Origin: Anthoceros angustus
Taxonomy: Eukaryota; Plantae; Anthocerotophyta
Assembly: GCA_010909165.1 (NCBI GenBank)
Contig: MU008230.1
Location: 1 to 41,496 of the forward strand
Reading direction: 5' to 3'
Length of the DNA: 41,496 nucleotides
Shown here one piece after another: positions 11,151 through 24,323 of the stretch. The notes beneath the pieces are model-generated. The model did not search any database. It had not been told where the DNA came from and worked only from the letters and a program-made list of their open reading frames with translations. The translations under genes and the position numbers were made by a program. The first letter of the stretch is position 1; each line of letters starts with the position of its first letter.

Positions 11151-14100
11151 CAAGAGCTAAGCGGGGCCTATTGTCCTCCTCTTGGCCAACCATAAGACTG
11201 CTGTTGGCCTTCATCCTTGTAGGAGGTGAGCCCCCAAGCTATGATAATCGCATTTGGAGATCATCAACTCCGTGGCCACTCTCCATCCTCACACCTACTC
11301 TTAGGCGCCTTGCGGTGGTCAATTCTCCCACCTTGACATGGAGGGTCACATTCTCCTCCCTTGCTTCTTTCAGCTGGTTGGCTAATTTCGTCTAAAGGGC
11401 ATAATCTGCACAAAATCGCCTCTTCCTTACCACCAGCATCCTATGTACCACCTTCTTGTGGTATTCCTCCTCCTGAGACCTCCTCCCCTCCGAGTCTCTT
11501 AGTTGCTGAGCAAGTCTTTCCCTTTCCGCTTGCCACGAACTCTTCTCATGCTCCAGCTCCGCAGGCCGACATCTTGCACCCCCAACTCCGCGCGCTTCTC
11601 CTCCAAATGGTACCGGGTCCTTCGCACCTCTTCCATGTCCTTGGATCTTGATGGCTTGGGTAGCCATCACCGCTTCAGGCGCCCATTTGTTGGGTCGCCA
11701 CCTTCTCCCTTCCTAGGGCCTCTGCTTTGCTCTTTTCTTCTCTTGTTCCAATTGGGCAAAATGCTCTTCCGCCTTTTGCCTCCAAGAGTCTCGGTTGTCG
11801 CCGAATAGCTCTCCTGCAGACAACCTCCCTAGGACCTTTTCTCATGCGCCTCGCTGATCCACAAGATCCCGCTGGATTTTCTCCACAGCCTTCTCTAACT
11901 TGGCTGTTTCTCGTGACTCCATGGCCTCCAATTGCCACTTGTCCGCCTCCTTTCTGTCATTTCTTGGGCCTTGACTTCCTCGGCATGCCCACAAAGGCTG
12001 CTAGTTCCTAGCCCCTTCAAATCCACTGCAGTGAGTGCTTGCACTCAGCAATTCTCTAGGGGTCCCAATTCCACCCTCGCCTTCTTCTTTGGAAATTTCC
12101 AGCTCCCTTGCTCCTCAGCAGCGGTGGTCCTCTGTCGCCCCATCCGCTCCAGCGGAGTGGGCGGCCTGGCGCGTAGCGCGCCTCGTGCTTCTCCTTCCCT
12201 TCCCTACATGGTAAGCTGCGCCTGGGCGTGGGGTGCTGCTCTACCAGCGGTGAGGTGCTCCCCGGGGTAGCACCTACCACTGTGGTGGTGGCGCCCACCT
12301 GGTAGTCTACCTTAGTGTGGGTGCCTCCCTAACGAAAGAAATGGTGGGGACTCCCCACCCTTGGGCATCACCCCTCTGGGTCCTCCTCATAGACTACCAT
12401 TCGGCCCTCTCGGACCTTGCTCTTCCTCCTCCCTTGCTCTTGGGAAGGAAAGATTCCCATCAACCTTGTTGCCTCTCCTTCTCTTGCCTAGCATGCTTGT
12501 GGAGGTCGACCTCCCATTGTCTTCTTCAATGCAAAGGCAAAGGCCTTTCCAAACTTATGGAGATGGATTATCTCAAGGATGCCAAGCATCTTCTTCAACT
12601 CCTTGCTTGTGAGAAGTCCCTCGTTTCCCATAAATGCACCAAATAGGTGCTAAGGTAGCAGCCTTGGCCCTTCCTCATCCAGAATTTGGCTTGAGGAGCT
12701 TCTCCCGGTGGTGGATGTAGGCCTCATACATAATGGTCCCCAATCGCTTGGCTCCATGGAAATCTTCCACAAAAAGCGGAGGAAGTTGGTGCTGAAATAA
12801 GAAGGTTGGTAATTTACCAACCCCAATACAATCTTTGCAAAGAGCCTCCACTTGACTCCTCTTGTCTTTCCAGCCATTCTTGGCGTGGGCCTTCACTCCT
12901 CCATCCATCATGTCAAGAACTCTGCGGGAATTTCGGAGGCGATGTCCTCTTCCTCCATTTGTCCTCGAGAGAGCAATTCCGAGCTCTCCTCCTCGGTCTC
13001 CCATACACAGTCGAATGCTCACACGCAGCGGATCCGTTCTAGCATTCCTCTCGCTGCGGCGAGGCTGCTTCCGATTGATGGAGGTTGATGTAACACTCCT
13101 CAATCAATTCCAAATTGGTGTAGGCCCATTGGCTACACCCATCCCAATTGATGTTGTCTTCCCGCCCAACGCCAAAATCCACTAGATCCTCGTTAAGCTT
13201 CGCCTTGCAAAGCACGTAAATTGAGGCATTAAAAGTTTGCTCTCCCCCGGCGGGCGCAGCCGGTCGCTTGCCTTTTCTCCTCTTGAGGAGGAACCAGTGT
13301 GGCTCCTTCTTCTTGCCTTTTTCCCGCCGAGGCATGGCGGCGCCTTCCTTTCCAAACCGCTAGGGGAGTGAACTACCCCAATTGGCAACCTCAAGACTTT
13401 GCTCTCAAACGCCCTTCTTTTCAAGTCCCAAAGAAACCTCTCTTAACACCCAATTTCAACGTTAGGCTTGGTGATGCTTCCCGCTGCAAATTTTCCTCGC
13501 GATTTCTTCTTCCAGTCAGGCCGGCAGTGGTCGCGGTGCCCTCCTTCGCCTCCTCAATTTCCTTGACTTTGCCCGCCTAAGTGCCCAGCCTCGCTGCTCC
13601 CGCCTGACACTCCAACCAGGACTTAGGCCTCCAAGGTCAGACAGCTTGGAGGTCTCGCAATGCCTCGAATGCTTGGCGCTTCTTCTCCAAGTGCTTCATG
13701 AAGGAAGGAATTACTTTCCAATTTGGGAGCCCAAAACTCCACACCCAAACACACCCTTCCTTCCTGTGGCAACAACACTCACCCCGCAATACACACGCCC
13801 CGGCCTAAGTTCTCCACGCCAATCTCCTCCGCGTGGTCCTTCCTCCAAGGTGGCGCCACCACCACGCTCCTCCCGCCTCAATGCCCACAAAGACTTTGAG
13901 GCCGCGCTTCGCCTCGCCCACACCTCCTTCTTCGAGAGTCGAGGCGTGTGGAGAGCTCTCCGCTCACGGCTTTCATGCCACGGTTGCTCAAGCGCCTGGG
14001 TCGGTCCTCCTCGATGAAGCGCGCTTTGCCTCGCTCACCGCAGCGGTGATGGCGCCCTCTTCTCGCAGCCGATGGTAGCCTTCCTTCCTTTGCGCTTACG

Positions 14101-14330
14101 CCCAATTTCGCCTCCACTTACTTTGCCCTCTTTGATGATCACACGAGGTCAGTATAACCCTAGATCCGGGTTTATCATTCCAAAATCCTAATCCTACCTA
14201 TGCTGCCTATTTCCTATTTTGCCTACTATCTCTAATTAATCGCTTTCTAATTACCTTGTATATTTATTTCCCTATTGATGAGCATATATAGTGGATATCC
14301 TCCCCTATTCTCATTTCCCTTTAGCGAGAT
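11151..14330 (-). mobile_element. Upstream part of the degenerate minus-strand element interrupted by the gypsy insertion; coiled-coil and accessory-type ORF remnants
   Basis: Broken minus-strand frames: ...LELIEECYINLHQ (13039-13335); AELEHEKSSWQAERERLAQQLRDSE and LANQLKEAREENVTL (coiled-coil-like); AT-rich LTR/promoter-like tract 14120-14330. No pol domain recognised. Confidence 0.4.
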
Positions 14331-14467
14331 TCACCACCTCACCACGGTAGTCCGCCACCACCAGCGGTAGTCCGCTTTTTTTCTCACCACGAGTGTCACC
14401 ACGGCCAGTAGTACACCACCAACCTTCGGAGGAACAAAGCCAGCAATGGGGACCGAGGACCCGGATG

Positions 14468-16896
14468 TCATCGAATCGAATCAACATCGGAATCGGAAGA
14501 CGGGTAAGCTATAGCACCAGGAACAGCACCTACCAGAGGAGCAACCCCACCAGCGGGAACAGCCGGATTAGACTGTTCAGGAACATCCGCTGGAAAAGAG
14601 GCATCAAACTGTGGAAAAGTATCAGTGTCCAACTCATGGTCAGAGTCATCAGATCGGCAAAATGTCTCAAAGAGGCGATGAACCGCAGAATCATCCAAAG
14701 AAGTAGTCTGAAGAACTGATCTCTCATCAAAGACCACTGTTCGAGCATGGAGTACCTTATGAGAGATAGGATCAAACAATTTGTACCCATGGATGCCAGC
14801 AGATATAAAATATGTGATTTGTAAGAGAACTTGACGGCAGCTTCCGGAATATGCATAGGCAATGCTCCCAAAACTCAAGATGTGATAAATCGGCTTGACC
14901 CCGCCCAAGCCTCAAAGGGTGTCTGCCATGAAGGGATGAGACAACAACTGCTCAAGATATGTGGCAACTTGAACTGCTTTCACCCCAAAATCGACAGCAA
15001 CCTCCTCGAAACATAAGGGACTCATCCAATGGTACGATGGCGACGTTCAGCCCGACCATTCATATCGGAATGATAAGGTATAGTGAGTTGTCTGATTCCT
15101 CTTTCTTCATAAAATTCTTGAAAGGCAAATGACAAATACTCTTTGGCATTGTCGATCTCGAGGCATTTCAACTTATGCATGCTCGTGACAAGCCGGATAC
15201 TTCTTAAAGGTGAAAAACCTCACTCTTATGTCAAGGAGGGATGTAATGAAGTGAGTCCCACATCCTCAAATACCACAAAATATCGTGAGCCTCCCTGTGA
15301 TGGAGTAGACATAGTGTAGATATCCGTGGATTAGATCCAGGTTACGTAACCTTGCGAGGTTTACCACTCCCAAAGTGGGATTTAAACTACTTGCCATGGA
15401 TACAAGCTACACGACCCGGATCGTAACTCCGATTCCACAAATCCGCTATTACCATCGCTCTTGAGAAGACGTCTCATGGCTTGTATATTAGGATGACCAA
15501 GCCTGCAATGCCATAGATAAGCTGTACTAACAGGAGCCTTTGCATCAGCAACGTGGGCTGCAGGAGCGGGAACATCAACAAAGAAATCCAGCAAATAGAG
15601 ATCATACAAGGGGCGACCACGAGCTAGAACTGTGGATGGAGACTGTGAGAGAGAAATGGTACACTCTATGCCCTCAAATGTAATTCTGTACAACCCTGTT
15701 TTTTCCAAGGCCATTGTACTAACTAAATTCTTAGTCAGGAGAGGAACATGAAGAGTATTTTCTAACTCAAAAGGTGTACCATTCTGCAGAGTAACACGGA
15801 CTGTTCCAAACCCTCTAATTGGCAAAGCTGAGTTATCACCTAAGACAACAAAGATGGTCATGACCAGTGGAGTTGGTTTAGGAAATGAAGGCCTTCCTCA
15901 TAGAACACATGTGATTGGATGCACCACTGTCAAGAAACCAGTGACAGGAATCACGTGAGGAAGATGCAAGACACATTACCAGCAGACTTGGAGTGGACGC
16001 TCTGGCAACATGTGTCTCAGATGAGTGTTTTCCTTTAGCTGCATCATCAGCCTTCTTCTTCCTACAATCCTTAACCCAATGGTTATGCCACAATTACACA
16101 CACCGTTTCTTTGTGGAGTTCGGATCGGTGATGAAGAGGACGTTTGCCTCGCTACCAAAGACTCCTCCACGGCCACGTCCTCCCTGCCACGACCTTTCGC
16201 CCGCCTCCAACTCAAGAGGCGGTTCCTTTATTTTGAGACGAATCGGGCTTCAAAGATGTGCTTCTGTTGGCTTCACTGCAATGCACCAACCAACTGTGAC
16301 AACAGTTGGATGTAGGTTGTAGAGGTTGCCGACTTTGATGGCAATTGCTTGCTGACTGGCGCTAAACTGCTCATAACTTGGCGGCAGTGACGCGAGGAGT
16401 TGAATTGCTGCCCTGTCTTCAGGCACAAAAACTCCACAAGATGCCAGCTTGGCCCTGGCTGCACGAAACCTCGAGACATGGCTCTCAACGGAATCTGTCT
16501 CCTTCATGCGAAGTGTCTGGAAATGTAAGGTTGCTGCAACTTCCGTCATCATATCCTTAGATTCATAAGTGTCACCTAACAATGTCCATGCTTCATTTGA
16601 TGTACTTGTCAGCTTGATGTGAGGAATCATTTCTTGGGACACTGAAGACACGAGAATTGAGTGCCTTCCCTGCCCTTGACCGCCACTCTCGCTTGCTTTG
16701 CTGTCGGAGTACCGATCCTCCGGTGTTGCTGGCCCGACGGTTGACCGAGCAATTCTCGTGGATTGGTGCCATCAACCACATCCATGAGTGACTTCTCTTC
16801 GAGGATACAGCGTATACGAAAACTCCAGTTGTCATAATTGGAAGGAGTCAGGCGATCCTTCTCCTGGAGTCGGTCAGACCCATCGACCTGTTCCAA
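14468..16896 (-). pseudogene. copia gag-pol (gag, CCHC knuckle, protease, integrase), frameshifted
   Basis: LTPSNYDNWSFRIRCILEEK; LLASLPPSYEQF; C..CG..NHWVKDC; WFLDSGASNHMC; LHVPLLTKNLVS; LWHCRLGHPN; NGRAERRHRT; GYKLFDP...RTVVFDE. Confidence 0.9.
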
Positions 16897-16921
16897 ATTA
16901 CCATGCTGGAAATCAAAGTGA

Positions 16922-17446
16922 TTATTGTGGAACAGGACACGGCCGAGCCGAATCTCTAATTTCCTTGGTATGTCTCTTGACCTCTAGCTCTTGAGAAACG
17001 GATGAGAATTTTCCCAACTCTCCGGTTTTCTCTAGCCTATCAAGTCTGACAATGGCGTTGTCTATCTTACTGGACAGTTCGACCAACTTGGCATTCTGGC
17101 TATTGAAGGCAGCAAAGAACGAATCGGCCTGAGCACAACGGGTAGGATATGACCTACACTGCTCCTCTTGGACAGGAACTAGTAACCATTTCTCTGTCCT
17201 GTTGAAGCTACTTGACGCAGGTGGAGTCTCAGGCTGATAGAACTCTGGGGGAAAGGAATCAATGAATTGTTGTAAAAAGCGAACCCTCTCAATTTGCTTG
17301 GCTTGTGGAATCTTCTACTTGAAGTAGAGGCGCTCAAAAGCCTCCTGGAAATCCACGTCCCTCAGGGTAGCTTGAGTCTTCACCTTATCACGCTTGCCAC
17401 TCAGGTTGTCCAGAAATGAATGCCTGCAAAATTCCTTGCGAGGCAT
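16922..17446 (-). pseudogene. Extra ORF between PBS and gag of the copia element (174 codons, one internal TAG at 17315-17317)
   Basis: Manual translation: MPRKEFCRHSFLDNLSGKRDKVKTQATLRDVDFQEAFERLYFK*KIPQAKQIERVRFLQQFIDSF...NAKLVELSSKIDNAIVRLDRLEKTGELGK...PCPVPQ*. Confidence 0.55.
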
Positions 17447-17574
17447 CCTGCTGCCAGCTTCATTAGCCACCGTCCAGTCTTTAAAAGAAATCGCGCTGCC
17501 ACTTAATTAATTCCATTATGAGATTAAAGAAAAATGGGAAGGTAGAAGCGATGAGCAGGGATGCGGATCATCCC

Positions 17575-17586
17575 GCTCTGATACCA
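17575..17586 (-). promoter_or_regulatory. Primer-binding site complementary to initiator tRNA-Met
   Basis: Minus strand TGGTATCAGAGC directly after ...TTTTCA. Confidence 0.92.
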
Positions 17587-18666
17587 TGAAAATGTTTGTG
17601 GATTACGAGACACACACACTCACGCAAGCATACATTGATAATGTTGGAAAGACACAAGAGAAGTAACCTGTAAAACGGTTACAACCGTTCATAAGCCCTC
17701 TTAAGTAAACTAGATAACCTACTTGGTATAACGTAATGTACAGTATATATTAAACCATACACCCCAATGGTCCGTAGAGAGGGAGAACGCTGCGGTCGGA
17801 GGCCGGGCGGAGGGCTTGCTCTTTGCAGCGCCCAGCCGCTCCCTTGTGAATGGTTGTCAGGTGAATTGTTTTACTTTGAGGTGTGGCGATGCTCAAGGAA
17901 CTCTCTTGAGGGTAGACTAGGAAAGACTGGAGGTTCTCGTGTCTACACACCACATAGCAACCGCCCAAGGAAGAACTTGTTAATTTAGACGGACCCTGAG
18001 CTTGTGCCGTAAGGCGAGTTGGTATTAATGAGCCAACAATCGGTGTTAGAGTAGGAGATTGTGGAGAAAGGAAGGTTAGATGAGTAGAGAAGGAGAGGCG
18101 TTGTTGATTGAGAGAGTTGTGAGGAGGATTAGAGTGCGGAAAACTAAGGCCGCAGGCAGAGCCTAAGGGACGAATCCCAACTGCAAGTAAGAGGGCGCTC
18201 CCTGTGTGGAGAAGAGTGGTCTTAGGAGTAGGGACGAAGTTGCGGTGTGGGTCAGGGGGTCCCTGGGGGCCCGTGATAGACGCCTTGCTATTAAGACGTG
18301 ACCTGCAATTGTGTGGTGTCGTTGTAGGTTGAGGCTTGGTGAATTTAAGAAGCAGTGACAAAGTGTGTAGTGGGGAGAGGGAGCGTGAGAGGCGTCTTGC
18401 TTGTTTAGAAGGTCGAGGTAGTGTAGTCAGCAGTAGCAACGATTTCAAGATCCAACCGTACCACAAGTCTCATGGGACGAAACCCAACGCGTAAACGACA
18501 AGTGATAAGTGTGGCCGCTAGAGGGTGCATCTCGGAAGCCCCGGATCCGCCTCCCACAACCTTTCACTAAAGGACGAACTCTAATGAAGGGGTAAGTAGA
18601 ATAATAATATCTATGTACACACACACACACTATAAATGCTAATATTATTGAGACCTAATGTCAACA
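17587..18666 (-). repeat. Putative 5' LTR of the copia element
   Basis: The CA end abutting the PBS is firm. The TGTTGACATT start at 18666 is tentative because no second LTR is available for comparison. Confidence 0.45.
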
Positions 18667-19908
18667 CCTATTCTCGTCATACCCTCGTCCCTTCCAAGGT
18701 TCACAACAAATCCACATGAAGAGTAATGATGCTTGTACCTTGTGCCAATAGTGCAGCAAATCAAGATGACGCTGATTGATTCACACCGGACTCCCAACAG
18801 TGAGATTGTTCCCAAATGCCCATGTCCAACAAGGCAGCCCCGACTGTGACTTCAGAGGGTCATAACCTAAGAAGAGAGATAATTTGTCGCGTATTGCATC
18901 ACATGTGAGCCAGATCTCTGTAAGTGTTGTCATTCGAGGTCCTCTTCTTCACCTATCAAAGAAGAGGAACACCAACAAGGAGATGAGCACAAATGAGTCC
19001 TGCAATTGAAGGAACAGTATCGTGTCTCTCAAAACTAACAAGAGGACGTGAGATGCGAGTTTCTGCACTCACTGTGAGGTACTGATCTACATGAGGCGTG
19101 AATCCACATGGTCTCTCATGAACCGCGTTTTAGGCTCGGTCTCCTGACCGCACCGGCAGCAGATTAGGCGTCTTATCGACCGCACTGCCGATGAGAAGTG
19201 CATAGCTTTGAAAACCTGATTTGAAACCTGGACTTCAAACCGACGAGTTTGGAATCCTTTCATCCCAGGTATGGAAAGCCGGGTATGGAAATGCAACAGA
19301 GAACGGGTGCAAAAACCCAAGTATGCGACGGAAACCACAAAATGATATTGCTGCTATGTCATGTATGTCGATATGAAGCCACCGTACATCGGGTTGCACG
19401 GTACATCGGGTTGTGCGTCCGCACGGGTCTGCTGACCGTATTTGCCTTAACGGCCATCGGGTATCGATGGGAAAGCACTTGGGACGTGCTGTACATAACT
19501 CCGTCTTTTCGGTCCTCCCCTTTAGCTAAGACAACTCAAGTTAGAGATGAGACATGGTACAAATAATCCAAACAATCCATTGTAGAGGTACATGATCGTA
19601 ACCAGCTAGCGCCATATGTTGATGGATGATCAAATACATCCACAAGACTCCTGTAAATACAGGTATGACGCAAAAGCTTTCAAACTATGTCACAGGCAGG
19701 AGGACCAATCCATGTGGAGTACCAAGGCACGTCCTATTTTAACTCGTACACCTTGGGCAGGGCAGGGAACAGGGACAGGCTAGCTACAGCACAACACACC
19801 CACACCGGAAGGAAAAAGATGATTGAGTTGCTGCTCGCCTGACTAGCAAGCAGGCTTCTTCATTAGGTATGGTCATGGTAGTCTCACACACCGGCCCACG
19901 GCCAAGCA

Positions 19909-22900
19909 TCAGACCACCATTTCAGACGATTTCACTAGCTGCATCAGGGTCAGTAGCACCTCGACCCTGTGAATGTCCCTTGAGGCCTGCATCCCACCAT
20001 GAACCAACTCACTCCAGAGTTACCCACAGTGCTCCGGCACCGAGCCCCACCACGGTTATTATCCTCACAAAGCCACTAAAAACGAGCACACTGGACCATG
20101 TGACATCCATAGCCATCTCAGCCCTCACCTCTACAACGAACTGTGCCCGAATTTTGTCACAACAGACTTCCATGAAGCCCTTAATGATGGTCAGCCCAAG
20201 ACCCCGAATGTGATCAGCCAATTGAAGCAAAAGTCCCCGCTTCTCACACGTCATCTGTCCGCACCGCAGATTAATCCCGCCATAACCCCTCTTCAGTAAA
20301 CAACCCTGCACTTTTACCCCTCTGTCTCCTTCCTCTCCTACCCCCCACCGCCACGAAACCCCCCCACAAAATTGAAGGAGAAGGATACTTGCCTCCACCA
20401 GCATTTGACGTGGCTGACTCAAGTTTTGTACAACAACCTCCCTGCCATCATCCACGGTCAGCTTTGGGCTGCCGTTCTGCTCACCCTGCACCTCATCCTG
20501 AACACTGAAACAAATCACACCAACTGACAAACACACGCTAATGCTGTGCAGTAAGATGCTGAAAAAAGACAATCCAACCTTCCCCAAAAGGCTGTTCCTT
20601 ACAGTTTACCTTGAACCTGCCCTCAATTCGTGCAACAGATTGTAGGAGATGAACATGTTTGATCGTCCTTTCCAACAGCGCATCTATGCTACACTGTACA
20701 CAGCCAACACAAAGGTAACTAATTAGTGTTGCAGAAACTTTCCAGTCGAATCTCAAAGCTGATGGTCCTACCTTCTTAGAATTTGGGACTATCTCTCGCA
20801 GTTCTCTAACACGGTCTTGTATTTGCTGTCGGTCCTTAGGCCGAGGCCTAGGTGCCTCGCTGGGCCTGCACCTCTTCCTACAGCTCTTCCCAGCTGATGA
20901 CTGATCAACCTGCTTTGTCAGCGATACATCCATCGTTGTCTCATCGTTCAGCAGAGGCAGCCCTGGGCACCAGCTGCTCTCAGACTCGACGTGCGTCGGA
21001 TCTTGTAGCACCTCATGCAGAGCCTCTCGTCCGGACTCATCCATTGACTTACTCAAGTGATGTCCCTTGAATGGAAGACATGGTACTGATGGGTAAGTCC
21101 CTGGACTAAGCGCAACAGATGCCTGCATCAAAGTACCCCCTGGAGAAGAGGGAGGATCATTGACCAGCACAAGACAAACTTCACAGCTGAACAGTCTTCA
21201 CACAGTGGCTGCTTGTGAGACCAATGTCACCAGCACTGTTCCAACATTTACTTTTTAAAACATGAATAGAATACGAGCAAACCAAGGGCATCTCTAAGCT
21301 TGTTACAAGGCACATATTTCTTGAGTCTCCAGAAGGAAAAACTTGTCAAACAATCCAGAGGTACGATAGCTATACAGCAGAATGATACAAAGCACACTAC
21401 AAATGCATTATATTCTGACTACAAAAACGAAAAAGAAACAGAAACGAAACGGAATAAATGGTAGACTCTAGCTCTCAAAAAGATATTCAAGCTGTGCACT
21501 AGGGAGGGGAGCGAACCATTTGCAACCGTTGGACTGGCCCCTGACACCATGATATGCTGGCTATGAATATTTGAATTTTCACAGCTGGGCATCCATGATA
21601 GGCCTAAAGGCTGAATTGAATGCTGAGGTCGGGCCCCAAAGACTGACAGCCGTTCACCTGCATGAATGAGGTGCAAACCAAGTAAACATTGCAAACAGGG
21701 AGAATTGGAGCCCTGTAAATTCAGAAGTTCAGAAGGCCAGTCACCTGTGCTGACATGATGGGCATCAGACCCCACAAACTGATTTTCTGAAAGTAACCTT
21801 GGAGTCCCAGTCAAGCAGGGGTCGGCAAACACTCGCTGCATATTTTTATGCTGTTGTGACACTTCATCTCCAAGTCCAGCCACTCTTTGGCTTTTGAAAG
21901 AATGGTCCTCCAAACTTCTTTGAGATTCTACACTTGCCATAAGCTGCTGGAGTCTGCGGTTCCCTTCCTGCTGATGCAAAAGCTCCTGGCAAGAAGCATT
22001 TCAGCGTGTACAGAGTGGTGACATGTTCACACACTACTGAGGTTTGAGATAGAGCTCTGCTGTAAAGGACTCACCTCACTTGGCATGCCACAGAGCATCA
22101 TGTTCGGAGGACAGGGTGGTCCCCTAAGTCCCACAGGAGCAATCGACTTGAAATCAGGATCTGTAGCAACAGAAGCTGATCTAACTGCCGTGGATTGGGC
22201 TCTTGCAGCCACATGGGGTTGTGCAGTTGAGACAGGCACACCTTGAGATCTAGTAACAGTGTTAGAAGTGGTTGGCAAACTTTCCGGCAAATCTTTAGAA
22301 GACAAGAACAAGCTCTTGACATGAGCCACAAGATCCAGATCCTCCATAACCTGACGAGCCGCAATAATTTGGAGAGTCAATGCCACTGTATTCGTACCAA
22401 AGCAAAACAAAAAAAGAATACCTCCTTCTAAAAACTATCAGCATGACATAAAATACCCAACTATTTCTGTGGAGCCCAGCTGGACTACGCCCTGTGAGAC
22501 GGCGATTACGGCAATGGTCTGTGCACCAGCAGCAGCGAGTAAGCAGAGCATCATAAACAAATACATCGTGAAAAAAAGGTACAGCTGTCAGAGAAAAGCG
22601 TGCCAGTCCAGAAGGCATCCCTCTAACCTTGATACCAGCTGCGAACTGATTTTGCCATCCGGAATGATACTGCGAGGATGAAGGATGTACAATTTTGCAG
22701 ATACAGCATAAGGGAAAAAAAAACATAAAAGAAAGGTAAACAAGAGAAAGAGAAGAACAAAGTCGCAAGACAAGGCCACCCTACCTCCACGCTTGAGCGG
22801 CCAAACGGGCGGGAGCCACCAGTCCCGACAACCCCTCCCTTGTCTCCCCCGCCAAAGACCCACTGATGCTTGGCAGTGAGAGCCACCCGCCCGATTATTC

Positions 22901-23492
22901 TAAATGCACCACACTAGTAGTGAGTGAGGACCACATCAAGTGAAAGGCAGGGTGCGGGGAAGCAAGTACAGTACCCTTCTCCCAGTGAATACACATGATA
23001 GGACATTTTGGCAATAGCCTGCCGCAAGGGATCCTGTTGTTGAGCATTGCCGATGATGGAGGCCTCCGTGCATTTCCTCAGCTCCGTGCATTGTTGCACT
23101 CCATTCAATGGGCAAAGATTGGCAGACTGGTAGAAGCCGTCCTCCCAGGTGAGCACCCTGCAAAACGGGCAAAACAAGTTACTACAAACCACTCCTTCCT
23201 CCCTTCCTTCCTTCCTGCCTCATCACATCGCATTCCATCCCATCCCTTCCCTTCCCTTCCCACACAGGCAGGCAGGCAGGCTAGAGGGCTACATGCGGTT
23301 GCGGCGCTTGAGCTTCCACATGACAGCGTAGGACCATCCGGACTTGAGACACAGTCCTCTCAAGCTTTGGTGCAAACTGGACGACATATTGAGCTGCGCA
23401 GCTGCCTGCTCCGGCTCCTGCTCCTGCCCCTGCCCCTGGCCCTGACCCTGCTCCTGCTCAGATTCACATGTCCTGCTTCTACTTATCGCCAT
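19909..23492 (-). CDS. LHW: LONESOME HIGHWAY-like atypical bHLH transcription factor (multi-exon)
   Basis: N-terminal domain LHQSLRGLCLKSGWSYAVMWKLK|MVLTWEDGFY...AIAKMSYHVYSLGEG...KHQWVF...WQNQFAAGIK|TIAVIAV.QGVVQLGS; bHLH RPRPKDRQQIQDRVRELREIVPNSKK|CSIDALLERTIKH; ACT-like C-terminus MTCEKRGLLLQLADHIRGLGLTIIKG...FVVE|ASRDIHRVEVLLTLMQLV (last exon 19909-19986). GT-AG introns. Start is ATG 23492 or 23387. The symbol denotes the family, not proven orthology. Confidence 0.9.
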
Positions 23493-23843
23493 GGCACCAC
23501 TGTGGCTACCGTGGTCGCGTGAGTGCACAACATGATGGCCTCCACCGAGCCTGAGCGATTGTGAGAAGCATTCTTTCCAGTCCTGGCGGCGCGGGTCCAG
23601 ACTCGGGAGGGAAGCCTGGCCTAAGGAGGGCCGCGCAGGGCCGGCCGGCACACACCAGGCACCTGCCCACCAACAGCACTTGCGATACCTGGTCCTCGGA
23701 CAAGAGCGGCCATCTCCGATATCCCCTTGTCTTGCCTTGCCTTGCCTTCACTGCGCTATGCTCTCCCTGTCTCTCTCTCCTCTTTCCTAGCCTCCACAAT
23801 TGTTTATTATTCATGTAGACTGTCGTTTAACCCTCAACGACGG

Positions 23844-23909
23844 AACGTCTCAAATTGACACGCTCCGACGGTGCAAACGTCTCAAATTGACACCTCCTCC
23901 GACGGTGCG
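23844..23909. repeat. Two-copy ~32 bp tandem repeat upstream of the LHW-like gene
   Basis: AACGTCTCAAATTGACAC(G/CTC)CTCCGACGGTGC twice. Confidence 0.85.
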
Positions 23910-24323
23910 AAATGGTTGGAAGATTTGGTTGGAAAATCTTGACCATAATTTTTAGATATTAAATATTAAATAACAATAATTTAAAAATATTTCTACAAAA
24001 TAGCCCACAAACGGCCGTCGTTCTGGGGTTAACGCGTCTGTTCGCACTGCACACGGCCAGTATCTAGTATCTACTAATCCTGCAGGTAGTCTACAGCAGA
24101 GGAGAAGCTGCCCCTTCCGATGACAGAAGGCAAGGGTCTCCCTTCTCCTCTGCCTCTTGTGGGGAGAGATTCTCTCTCCCTTGCTGCGGAATTTTTCCAT
24201 TCTCAGTATATCAATGTCGTCCCCGCATATGGGCGGGCAGTGAGAGTTCTCCTTATCTGGCCCAAGTTTGCCCTTTCTGGCTGTCTGGAGACTACATCAG
24301 CTTGTGAACAAAAGGTCAACAAC

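Larger units (their letters stand above)
14468..18666 (-). mobile_element. Ty1/copia retrotransposon, 5' half only (LTR, PBS, extra ORF, gag, PR, INT); RT, RNase H and 3' LTR absent in the window
   Basis: Met-tRNA PBS next to an LTR end; gag, zinc knuckle, protease, GAG-pre-integrase, integrase and SH3-like segments in copia order. Confidence 0.88.

Noticed and set aside
17750-18466. 238 aa Pro/Ser/Thr-rich ORF inside the putative copia LTR
   Set aside because: No domain recognised; could be chance or a remnant of another element's integrase-RT linker.
19383-19415. Two copies of GTACATCGGGTTG
   Set aside because: Short local duplication with no further structure.
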